Origin: Candidatus Methylomirabilota bacterium
GTDB taxonomy: Bacteria; Methylomirabilota; Methylomirabilia; Rokubacteriales; CSP1-6
Assembly: GCA_036265915.1 (NCBI GenBank)
Contig: DATAOC010000020.1
Span: 5,080 to 69,079, forward strand
Reading direction: 5' to 3'
DNA length: 64,000 nucleotides
Part shown: piece by piece, positions 27,506 through 35,726 of the stretch
Layout: every line of letters starts with the position of its first letter
Numbering within the stretch: the first letter of the stretch is position 1
The notes under the pieces: model-generated
Seen by the model: only the letters and a program-made list of their open reading frames with translations
What the model was told of the DNA's origin: nothing
Database searches by the model: none
Program-made: the position numbers and the translations under genes

Positions 27506-28659
27506 GCGTGCGGGTGCTGCATGTCATCACGCGGCTGAGCCTCGGCGGCTCCGCGGAGAACACCGTGGGCGCCATGGTCGGGCTCGCCGCCGCCGGCTAC
27601 GGTGGGCCGCTGGCCGTCGGGCTCGCGGAATCCGACGCCGCCAGCGTGCGCTCGGCGCGCGAGCGCGGCGTCGCGATCGTGGACGTTCCGGGGCTCGGGC
27701 GCGAGGTCGGCGCACGGGACCTCGTCGCGCTGGCGCAGCTGCTCGCGGTCATTCGCCGCGAGCGGCCGGCGATCGTCCACACGCACACATCGAAGGCGGG
27801 GTTCGTCGGTCGGCTGGCCGCGCGGCTGGCCCGCGTGCCGGCGGTGATCCACCAGCCGCACGGCCACATCTTCTATGGCTACTGGGGCCCGCGCCGCACC
27901 GCGATGTACGTCCACCTGGAGCGGCTCGCCGCGCGCTGGACCGATCGGATCGTGACCCTCACCGAGCGCGGCACCGAGGAGCACCTGGCGCAGCGGATCG
28001 GACGACGGGCGCAGTACCGCACGGTGCCGAGCGGTGTGCCGACCGCGGAGCTGCGCGCGCAGGCGCCGGGGCGCTCGGCGGCCCGCGCCGCGCTCGGCGT
28101 GCCGGCCGGCGCGTTCGTGATCGGCGGCCTCGGGCGGTTCGTTCGCGTGAAGGGCTTCGATCTCCTCGTCGCCGCGCTGCCCGCGGTGGCGGCGGCGGTA
28201 CCGTCGGTGCAGCTCCTGCTGATCGGCGACGGCCCCGAGCGACTGGCGCTCGAGGCACAGGCGAGCGCGCTCGGCGTCCGCGCGCGCGTGCGGATCACCG
28301 GCGCCACGCGCGACATCGCGCGCGCCCTGGCCGCCTGCGATGCGCTGGCGGCGCCGTCGCGAAACGAGGGGATGGGACGCGCGCTGGTGGAGGCGATGGC
28401 CCTCGGCCTGCCGGTCGTCGGCGCCGACGTGGGCGGCATTCCGGCGGTGATCGTGGACGGCGAATGCGGGCGCATCGTGCGGGCGGGCGACGCCGATGCG
28501 CTCGCGGAGGCGCTGGTGGACCTGGGGCTGGATGTGGCGCTGCGCGAGAAGCTGGCCGCGGCGGCCATCACGCGGGCCGAGGCCTTCTCCACGCAGGTCG
28601 CCGACGTGGCGATGCGCGCGATCTACGCCGAGCTCGCGCGCGAGAAGCAGCTCGGCTGA
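27502..28659 (+). CDS. glycosyltransferase family 4 (GT-B)
   Basis: It has 'VLHVITRLSLGGSAENT' and 'LAAPSRNEGMGRALVEAMALGLPVVGADVGGIP'. The start is a GTGA overlap. Confidence 0.85.
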   Translation: MSVRVLHVITRLSLGGSAENTVGAMVGLAAAGYGGPLAVGLAESDAASVRSARERGVAIVDVPGLGREVGARDLVALAQLLAVIRRERPAIVHTHTSKAGFVGRLAARLARVPAVIHQPHGHIFYGYWGPRRTAMYVHLERLAARWTDRIVTLTERGTEEHLAQRIGRRAQYRTVPSGVPTAELRAQAPGRSAARAALGVPAGAFVIGGLGRFVRVKGFDLLVAALPAVAAAVPSVQLLLIGDGPERLALEAQASALGVRARVRITGATRDIARALAACDALAAPSRNEGMGRALVEAMALGLPVVGADVGGIPAVIVDGECGRIVRAGDADALAEALVDLGLDVALREKLAAAAITRAEAFSTQVADVAMRAIYAELAREKQLG

Positions 28660-30125
28660 TGCGCGGGCGGCTCGGCGCCGCACTCGTCGCCGCCCTCGCG
28701 CTGCTGACGCCGCCCGCGGATGCCGACGAGCTGCTGCCGGTGGCGGCCGTCGTGCACCTGCACTCGGATCTGTCGAGCGGCGAGTACGCGCTCGACGAGC
28801 TCGCCGGGATGGCGGCGCGTCAGGAGATCGGGGCGCTGCTGCTCGCCGAGAACTATCTCAATCGCATCGAATACGGCCTGCCCCCGTTTCGCGCGCTGAC
28901 GCGGGTGCGCTACGAGGCGCCGTCGGTGTACGGACGACTCGACGCGTACCGCGAGCGCGTGACCCGCGCGCGCGCCGCGCACCCCGACCTCGTCATCGTG
29001 CCCGGCGTGGAAGTGATGCCGCACTACCGCTGGAGCGGCTCGCCGCTCGCGCTCGAGCTCGCCGTCGCCAACACGCAAAAGAACCTCCTCGTGTTCGGTC
29101 TCGACGACCCGCACGCGCTGGCCGCGATCCCGGTGGTCGGCAACAGCGCGGCGGGGACGTACTCCACCCACTCGCTCGTCGAGGCGGCGCCGGTCGTGCT
29201 GCTCGCGCCCGGCCTGCTGCTGCTCCTCCTGAAGCGCCCGCGGCGTCGCCGCGTCGGCGCGGCCGTCATCCTCGTCCGCCAGCGTCAGTGGCTGCCCGGC
29301 TCGATCCTGTGCGCCGTGGCGCTGGCCACCGTGATCCGCGGCTGGCCGTTCACCCAGACACCGTACTCGCCGTACGCCGACTACGGCGCGGCGCCGTACC
29401 AGGACGTCATCGACTACGTCGAGCAGCGCGGCGGCGCCGCCGTCTGGTCCTTTCCGGAGGCGCGCGACAGCGGCAGCGACGCCGCCGGCCCGGTCCGCGT
29501 GACCTGGTCGACGGAGCCGTACCCCGACGACCTGCTGCGGACGTTCCGCTACACCGCGTTCGGCGCGCTCTACGAGGACACGACGCAGGTGGAACGGCCG
29601 GGCGGCGGCTGGGATCGGCTGCTGGCCCAGTACGCGGCGGGCGAGCGCAGCCGGCCGGCGTGGGGGCTCGGAGAGTCGGGCTATCACGACTCCAGCGCGG
29701 GCAAGCGGCTGGGACGCGTGCAGACGGTCTTCCTCGTCCGCGAGCGCTCCGAGGCGGGCGTGCTCGAGGCGCTGCGCGGTGGCCGGCTGTACGCGCGGCT
29801 CCGCACACCGCAGAGCGCGCTGGCGCTGACGGAGTTCGCCGCGGCCACCGATGCCGCACGCGCCGGCGCCGGCGACACGCTGCGTCCGGCGCCGGGTGCC
29901 GTGGTGACGCTCACGATCGGCGTCGACGTCGTCGGCACGCCGCCCGCCGATCTCCGCGTCGTGCTCGTCAAGGACGGGATCATCGCCGAGGCGTGGACCG
30001 GCACGACGCCGTTTCGCGCCGCGCACCGCGAGACCTGGGACGGGCGCCCCGCAGTCTTCCGGCTGGAAGCGCGTGGCGGCGGCGGGCGCCTGCTCTCGAG
30101 CGCCATCTTCCTGAGGCCATCGTGA
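28659..30125 (+). CDS. exported PHP-domain-like metal-dependent phosphoesterase-like protein with an internal TM hairpin
   Basis: The signal peptide is 'MRGRLGAALVAALALLTPPADA'. PHP-like blocks are 'VVHLHSDLSSGE', 'VIVPGVEV' and, late in the protein, 'GLGESGYHDSSAG'. Two hydrophobic segments, 'APVVLLAPGLLLLLL' and 'LPGSILCAVALATVI', separate the halves. The family call is tentative. Confidence 0.45.
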   Translation: MRGRLGAALVAALALLTPPADADELLPVAAVVHLHSDLSSGEYALDELAGMAARQEIGALLLAENYLNRIEYGLPPFRALTRVRYEAPSVYGRLDAYRERVTRARAAHPDLVIVPGVEVMPHYRWSGSPLALELAVANTQKNLLVFGLDDPHALAAIPVVGNSAAGTYSTHSLVEAAPVVLLAPGLLLLLLKRPRRRRVGAAVILVRQRQWLPGSILCAVALATVIRGWPFTQTPYSPYADYGAAPYQDVIDYVEQRGGAAVWSFPEARDSGSDAAGPVRVTWSTEPYPDDLLRTFRYTAFGALYEDTTQVERPGGGWDRLLAQYAAGERSRPAWGLGESGYHDSSAGKRLGRVQTVFLVRERSEAGVLEALRGGRLYARLRTPQSALALTEFAAATDAARAGAGDTLRPAPGAVVTLTIGVDVVGTPPADLRVVLVKDGIIAEAWTGTTPFRAAHRETWDGRPAVFRLEARGGGGRLLSSAIFLRPS

Positions 30126-30826
30126 AGGTCGCCATCCATCAGCCGCAGTACCTGCCGTGGCTCGGTTACCTCGCGAAGTGGGCGGCCGCCGACCTGTTCG
30201 TCTTCCTCGACACCGTGCAGTACGAGAAGAATGGCTGGCAGAACCGCAACCGCATCCGCGGCGCCGACGGGACCGCCCACTGGCTGACCGTTCCCGTCCA
30301 CGCGCATCTCGGGACGTCGATCGCGGAGGTCGTGGTCGACGGCACCCAGCCGTGGCGGGCCCGCCACGTGCGCGCGATCGAGCACGCCTACGCGCGGGCA
30401 CCGCACTTGCCGGTGCACGCGCCCGCGCTCCACGACCTGCTCGGTCGCGACTGGCCGCGTCTGGCGCCGCTGGCGGCAGCGAGCGCCGAGTGGCTCGCGC
30501 GCGCCGTCGGCGTCGCGGCGCCGACGCGCCTGGCCTCGACGCTCGCGGTCGACGACAGCGACGCGACGGCGCGGCTGGTGGCCATCTGTCGCACCGTGGG
30601 CGCCGACACCTACCTCGCCGGCGGCCACGGGGCGCGCTACCTCGACGGCGAGCGCTTCCGCCGGGCCGGGATCACCGTGCTCTACCAGCGCTACGAGCAC
30701 CCCGTATATGCGCAGCAACACGGCGAATTCATGCCGTTCCTGTCGGGCGTCGACCTATTATTGACTCACGGCGATGAGAGCCTGCCCATCCTCCGGCGCG
30801 GGGACGCCTGGTCACGGGAGCCGTAG
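30122..30826 (+). CDS. WbqC-like family protein
   Basis: The N-terminus 'KVAIHQPQYLPWLGYLAKWAAADLFVFLDTVQYEKNGWQNRNRI' is the characteristic WbqC-family opening. The start is a GTGA overlap. Confidence 0.7.
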   Translation: MKVAIHQPQYLPWLGYLAKWAAADLFVFLDTVQYEKNGWQNRNRIRGADGTAHWLTVPVHAHLGTSIAEVVVDGTQPWRARHVRAIEHAYARAPHLPVHAPALHDLLGRDWPRLAPLAAASAEWLARAVGVAAPTRLASTLAVDDSDATARLVAICRTVGADTYLAGGHGARYLDGERFRRAGITVLYQRYEHPVYAQQHGEFMPFLSGVDLLLTHGDESLPILRRGDAWSREP

Positions 30827-31441
30827 ATGAACGTCCTCGCCATCGGCGCGCACCCGGACGACATCGAATACGGCTGCGGCGGCATGCTCACCAAGTACGC
30901 GGAGAAAGGGCACACCGTGTACCTCTTCATCGCCTCCGACGGCAGCCTCGGCGGCGAGCCGGCCGTGCGCCGGCGTGAGCAGATGGACTCCGCGATGATC
31001 ATGGGCGCCCGCGAGGTGTTCTGGGGCGAATACCCGGACACGGAGATTCCGCTGAACCGCGAGCTCATCGTGCGGCTCGAGCAGGTGATCCGCCGCGTGG
31101 AGCCACGCATGATCTTCGTGAATTTTCCGGAGGACACGCACCAGGACCATCGCAACCTCGCCCAGGGGACGCTGTCGGCCACCCGGTACGTCCCCAACTT
31201 TCTCTTCTACGAGGGCCCCACCACGGTCAACTTCACGCCGAACTGCTTCACCGACGTCGAGAAGGTGCTCGACAAGAAGCTCGCGTGCCTGGAGGCGCAC
31301 CGCTCGCAGGTGGCGAAGACGAACATCGAGGACCAGACGATCCTGGAGCTGGCGCTGTCGTGCGCCAACTTCCGGGGCATCCAGGCCCGGGTGAAATACG
31401 CCGAAGCGTTCCAGTCGATCCGTCTGCTGCTGAACATTTGA
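30827..31441 (+). CDS. PIG-L/LmbE-family N-acetylglucosaminyl deacetylase
   Basis: It has the 'VLAIGAHPDDIEYGCGG' motif and 'HQDH'. ATG immediately follows the upstream TAG. Confidence 0.85.
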   Translation: MNVLAIGAHPDDIEYGCGGMLTKYAEKGHTVYLFIASDGSLGGEPAVRRREQMDSAMIMGAREVFWGEYPDTEIPLNRELIVRLEQVIRRVEPRMIFVNFPEDTHQDHRNLAQGTLSATRYVPNFLFYEGPTTVNFTPNCFTDVEKVLDKKLACLEAHRSQVAKTNIEDQTILELALSCANFRGIQARVKYAEAFQSIRLLLNI

Positions 31442-32475
31442 TTCCGCACTCGCGACCGTCCATCAGCGATGCCGACATCGCGCGCGTCTCCGCCGTCCTG
31501 CGCGCGGGTCAGCTGGCGCAGGGCCCCGAGGTGGCCGCGCTCGAGCTCGAGCTGGCGGCGCGCCTGAGCGTGGCGTCCGCGGCCGTGGTGAGCTCGGGAA
31601 CGGCGGCGCTGGAGCTGGCGCTGCGCGCGCTCGACGTCGGCCCCGGCGACGAGGTGCTCATCCCGACCTACGTCTGCGACGCGCTCTATCACGCCGTCAC
31701 CCGCTGCGGCGCCGCGCCGGTGCTCGTCGATGCCGACCCCGCCACGCTGACGCTCTCGGCCAAGGACGCCGAGGCGCGGCGCACGCGGCGCACGCGGGCG
31801 GCCATCGTGCCGCACGCCTTCGGTCTCGCGGTCGACCTCGAGCCGTTCGTCGCGCTCGGCGTGCCGGTCATCGAGGACTGTGCGCAGGCGCTCGGCGCCG
31901 AGGTGGGCGGGCGGGCCGCGGGAGCGGCGGGAACGCTCGCAGTGTGCTCGTTCTACGCCACGAAGATGATCGCGGCCGGCGAGGGCGGCGCCGTGCTCGG
32001 GCCGGCGGCACTGGTGGCGCGTGTGCGCGAGGCGCGCGACTACGACGAGCGAGAGCGGCTCACGCCGCACACGAACGCCAAGCTCACCGACCTGCAGGCC
32101 GCGCTCGCGCGCAGCCAGCTGGCGCGCCTCGAGCAGTTCGTGGCCCGGCGGCGCGCCATCGCCGCGCGCTATCGCGCGCGATTGGCCGGCGCCGACTGTG
32201 CGGTGCCCCCGGACCCGGCGCGCCGGCACGTGTACCATCGGTTCGTCGTGAGCGTCGAGCGCGATCCCGCCGAGCTGCAGTCGACGCTCGCGGCCAGGGG
32301 CGTGGCCGTCCGCCGGCCCGTGTTCCGGCCCGCCCACCGCGCGCTCGGCCTGCACGGCTATCCCGAGGCGGAGAGGCTGTGGGCCACGGCGCTGTCGCTG
32401 CCCTGCTATCCGGCGCTCACCGACGGCGAGGTCGACGTCGTCGCCTCGGCGTTGCGGGAGGCGCTCGGCGCGTGA
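31438..32475 (+). CDS. DegT/DnrJ/EryC1/StrS-family sugar aminotransferase
   Basis: It has 'IPHSRPSISDADI', 'LIPTYVCDALYHAV' and 'CSFYATKMIAAGEGGAV' (the PLP-lysine context). The only start consistent with full length is TTG 31438, overlapping the upstream stop (TTGA). Confidence 0.8.
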   Translation: MIPHSRPSISDADIARVSAVLRAGQLAQGPEVAALELELAARLSVASAAVVSSGTAALELALRALDVGPGDEVLIPTYVCDALYHAVTRCGAAPVLVDADPATLTLSAKDAEARRTRRTRAAIVPHAFGLAVDLEPFVALGVPVIEDCAQALGAEVGGRAAGAAGTLAVCSFYATKMIAAGEGGAVLGPAALVARVREARDYDERERLTPHTNAKLTDLQAALARSQLARLEQFVARRRAIAARYRARLAGADCAVPPDPARRHVYHRFVVSVERDPAELQSTLAARGVAVRRPVFRPAHRALGLHGYPEAERLWATALSLPCYPALTDGEVDVVASALREALGA

Positions 32476-33587
32476 CGAAGAGCCTGGCGCGACTGGCGCT
32501 TCTGGCGGTGGTGATGCTGCCGCCGGTGCGCCGCGCTTTCGGCGCCGCCGGGCTCAGCTGGCTCTATCTGATGGCGCTGGCCTTTGCCGCGTCGCTGGCC
32601 GCCGTGCCCCTCGTGCGGGCGCTGGCGACCTGGTGGAGCGTGCTCGACGTGCCGGCCGCGCGCAAGGTGCACGCGGTGCCCACGCCGCTCCTGGGTGGCG
32701 CTGCCGTGTACGCGGCGTTCGCGGCGACCGTGCTCTTCAACTTCTCCTTCTCGCGGCAGCTGAAAGGCGTGGCCGTCGGGGCCACCATCGTGGTCGTGGT
32801 CGGGGTGCTCGACGACATCTTCGACCTCTCCCCGCGGCTGAAGCTGCTCGGCCAGCTCGCGGCCGGTGTGGTCGCGCTCGCGTACGGCGTCACGCTGAAC
32901 GTCGTGCCGCACCAGCTTGCGGGGGCGGTCGCCATCAACGCGCTGCTGACCCTGCTGTGGCTGCTCACGGTCACCAACGCGCTGCAGTTCCTCGACGGCA
33001 TGGACGGCCTCGCGGCCGGCGTCGGCGCCATCGCCGCCCTCTTCTTCAGCATGGCCGCGCTGCAGACCAACCAGCGCTACCTGATGTTCCTCGCGGCGCC
33101 GCTGGTCGGCGCGTGCCTCGGGTTCCTGCCGTACAACTTCCGGCCCAGTCGGCGCGCCAGCATCTTTCTCGGCGACGCCGGCGCAAGCTTCATCGGCTTC
33201 ACGCTGGCCGGGTTGGCCGTCATGGGAGAATGGGCGCAGGACGATCCGCTCGTCGCCCTGCTGACGCCGATGCTCATTCTCTCCGTGCCCCTGTTCGACA
33301 TCGCGTATGTTGGCATCGTGCGCATCGTCACGGGCAAGGTGCACTCGGTGTCCGAGTGGCTCGCGTACACCGGCAAGGATCACATCCACCACCGGTTCGA
33401 GGCGCTGGGCATGAACCGGCCGGAGAGCGTGCTGCTCATCCTTGCCATCGCGGCCACGCTCGGTCTCTCGGCCCTGCTCCTGAAGTTCGCGAACCGGGCG
33501 GAAGCCGTGCTGGTGCTCGTCCAGGCCGGCTGCATTCTGGCCATCATCGCCGTGCTGGAGAGCGTGGCGCGCGGGCGCGGACGATGA
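32472..33587 (+). CDS. MraY/WecA-family polyprenyl-phosphate N-acetylhexosamine-1-phosphate transferase (initiating transferase)
   Basis: It has 'LDVPAARKVHAVPTPLLGG', 'VGVLDDIFDLSPRLKL', 'NALQFLDGMDGLAAG' and 'IFLGDAGASFIGF'. The start is a GTGA overlap. Confidence 0.85.
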   Translation: MTKSLARLALLAVVMLPPVRRAFGAAGLSWLYLMALAFAASLAAVPLVRALATWWSVLDVPAARKVHAVPTPLLGGAAVYAAFAATVLFNFSFSRQLKGVAVGATIVVVVGVLDDIFDLSPRLKLLGQLAAGVVALAYGVTLNVVPHQLAGAVAINALLTLLWLLTVTNALQFLDGMDGLAAGVGAIAALFFSMAALQTNQRYLMFLAAPLVGACLGFLPYNFRPSRRASIFLGDAGASFIGFTLAGLAVMGEWAQDDPLVALLTPMLILSVPLFDIAYVGIVRIVTGKVHSVSEWLAYTGKDHIHHRFEALGMNRPESVLLILAIAATLGLSALLLKFANRAEAVLVLVQAGCILAIIAVLESVARGRGR

Positions 33588-34015
33588 AGGCAGCCGTCCG
33601 GAGGCTGCGCGAGCGGTTCCTGGCGCTGCTGCACCTCGACGATCCACCGTGGCGGGTGGCGCTGGCCCTCGCCGTCGGCGTGTTCATCAGCTTCACGCCC
33701 TTCCTCGGCTTCCAGACGCTCCTGGCCCTTCTCGTGGGCACCGTGTTCCGACTGAATGCCGCCGTCGTGGTGACCGGGACGTGGCTCAACCTGCCGTGGT
33801 TCATGCCGTTCGTCTATGCCGGCTCGCTGAAGGTGGGCGCGCTGCTCCTGCCGGACCTCAAGGACGTCGGTGACTGGTCGCTCGCGCTGCTCATCGGCAC
33901 CACGCTGCTCGGATCCGCAGCGGCGGTGGTGACGTATGTCGTCGCCCTCGGCGTCATGCGCCGACGCGGAAAGCACCGCTCCCGGGAGCCGCGCTCCAAG
34001 CGCGAGGCGGCGTGA
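33584..34015 (+). CDS. DUF2062-like small membrane protein
   Basis: 'DDPPWRVALALAVGVFISFTPFLGFQTLLALLVGTVFRLN' matches the DUF2062 opening pattern as I recall it. The start is an ATGA overlap. Confidence 0.6.
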   Translation: MKAAVRRLRERFLALLHLDDPPWRVALALAVGVFISFTPFLGFQTLLALLVGTVFRLNAAVVVTGTWLNLPWFMPFVYAGSLKVGALLLPDLKDVGDWSLALLIGTTLLGSAAAVVTYVVALGVMRRRGKHRSREPRSKREAA

Positions 34016-34785
34016 GCCCCGCCGTCGGTCGGGCGCTGACGCTGGCGGTGACGCTGGCGCTGCTCATCGTCGGCTATCGGGTCGTGCTGGGTCTCATCGA
34101 CCGTCTGGTGGCCGCGGTCGCCGAGCGGCATCCCGACGCGATCCGCTCCCGCACGCTCGGCTCGCTGCTCACGAATCTGCTGCGCTGGGTGCTCGCGTTC
34201 GTCGTGCTGGTGCTCCTGCTGCGCGAGCTCGGCATCGACGTCGGCGCGCTCGTCGTGTCGGCCGGCGTCATCGGCATCGTCGTCGGCCTCGGGGCGCAGG
34301 CGCTGATCCGCGACCTGATCACCGGGATCTTCCTGCTCTTCGAGGGCTTGCTCGCCATCGGCGACGTCGTCAAGGTCGGCGATCACACGGGCGTGGTGGA
34401 GGCCATCGGGCTGCGGGTGACGCGGTTGCGCCTGCCCGACGGCGCGCTGCGCGTGGTACCGAACGGGCTGCTGACGGACTTCTCCAACTACAGCTCGGGG
34501 TGGGCGCGCGCCATCGTCGACGTCGCCGTGCCCCGCACGGTGGACGTCGAGCGGGCGCTGGCGGCGCTGCGGGCGATCGGCGAGGCGTGGGCGCGCGACA
34601 GCTCGCGCGCGCTGGACCCGCCGATGGCGCAGGGTATTATGAGGTTCAGCGGCGGCGGTGACGCGGTGCTTCGGTTGACCGTCAAGGTCGAGGCCGCCCG
34701 TCGCGAAGAAACGGAGCTCGAGCTCCGACGGCGCATCCGAGACGCGTTCGACCGCGAGCAGTGGCCCGTGGCCGGCGCATCCTGA
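34012..34785 (+). CDS. small-conductance mechanosensitive channel (MscS family)
   Basis: The pore-helix/beta-domain junction is 'GVIGIVVGLGAQALIRDLITGIFLLFEGLLAIGDVVKVGDHTGVVEAIGLRVTRLRLPDG'. The start is a GTGA overlap. Confidence 0.8.
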   Translation: MSPAVGRALTLAVTLALLIVGYRVVLGLIDRLVAAVAERHPDAIRSRTLGSLLTNLLRWVLAFVVLVLLLRELGIDVGALVVSAGVIGIVVGLGAQALIRDLITGIFLLFEGLLAIGDVVKVGDHTGVVEAIGLRVTRLRLPDGALRVVPNGLLTDFSNYSSGWARAIVDVAVPRTVDVERALAALRAIGEAWARDSSRALDPPMAQGIMRFSGGGDAVLRLTVKVEAARREETELELRRRIRDAFDREQWPVAGAS

Positions 34786-34803
34786 AAACGAGGAGTCCCC
34801 GCC

Positions 34804-35670
34804 ATGCGCGTGCGGAAGGGCGTGTTCCCCGCGGCCGGGCTCGGCACGCGGTTCCTGCCGGCCACCAAGGCGCAGCCGAAGGAGATGCTGCCGCTCGTCG
34901 ACAAGCCGATGATCCAGTACGTCGTCGAGGAGGCGGTCGCCTCCGGCCTGGCCGAGATCATCATCGTCACCGGGCGCGGCAAGCGCGCGATCGAGGATCA
35001 CTTCGACGCCGCCTTCGAGCTCGAGTACTACCTGAACGACCGCGGCAAGGTCGACGAGCTCGCGCAGATCAAGACGATCTCCGAGCTGGCTTCGGTCTCG
35101 TACGTGCGGCAGAAGGAGCCGCTCGGCCTCGGCCACGCCATCCTGTGCGCGCGCACGCTGGTCGGTGACGAGCCGTTCGGCGTGTTTCTCGGCGACGACA
35201 TCATCGGCGGCGCCCGGGTCCCGTGCATGAAGCAGCTCCTCGACGTCTTCGCGCAGTACGACGGGCCGGTGATCGCCGTGGAGCGAGTGCCGCGCGAGCG
35301 CATCCACCAGTACGGCGTCATCGCCGGCCGCAACGTCGCGGGTAACGTGTGGGAGATCAGCGACCTCGTCGAGAAGCCGCGTCCGGAAGACGCGCCGTCC
35401 GATTTGGCCATCATCGGCCGCTACGTGCTGACCCCCGATCTGTTCGGCATTCTCGCCGATACCGCGGCCGACAAGCGCGGCGAGATCCAGCTCACGGACG
35501 GGCTGCGGACGCTGCGCAAGCGGCGGCCGATGTACGCGGTGGAGTTCCAGGGCAAGCGCTACGACACCGGCGACAAGCTCGGGTTCCTCAAGGCCACGGT
35601 GGAGTTCGCGCTCGAGCGGCCGGATCTCGCAGACGCGTTTCGCGCGTATCTGAGGAGCCTGCAACTCTAG
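34804..35670 (+). CDS. galU: UTP--glucose-1-phosphate uridylyltransferase
   Basis: It has 'KGVFPAAGLGTRFLPATKAQPKEMLPLVDKPMIQY' and 'VEKP'. The SD GAGGAG lies upstream of the ATG. Confidence 0.92.
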   Translation: MRVRKGVFPAAGLGTRFLPATKAQPKEMLPLVDKPMIQYVVEEAVASGLAEIIIVTGRGKRAIEDHFDAAFELEYYLNDRGKVDELAQIKTISELASVSYVRQKEPLGLGHAILCARTLVGDEPFGVFLGDDIIGGARVPCMKQLLDVFAQYDGPVIAVERVPRERIHQYGVIAGRNVAGNVWEISDLVEKPRPEDAPSDLAIIGRYVLTPDLFGILADTAADKRGEIQLTDGLRTLRKRRPMYAVEFQGKRYDTGDKLGFLKATVEFALERPDLADAFRAYLRSLQL

Positions 35671-35726
35671 CCCCTTTACGTCGGTTCCGAGTTCTGAGAC
35701 CTTCGCGCACCAGGAGGAGATCTCGC

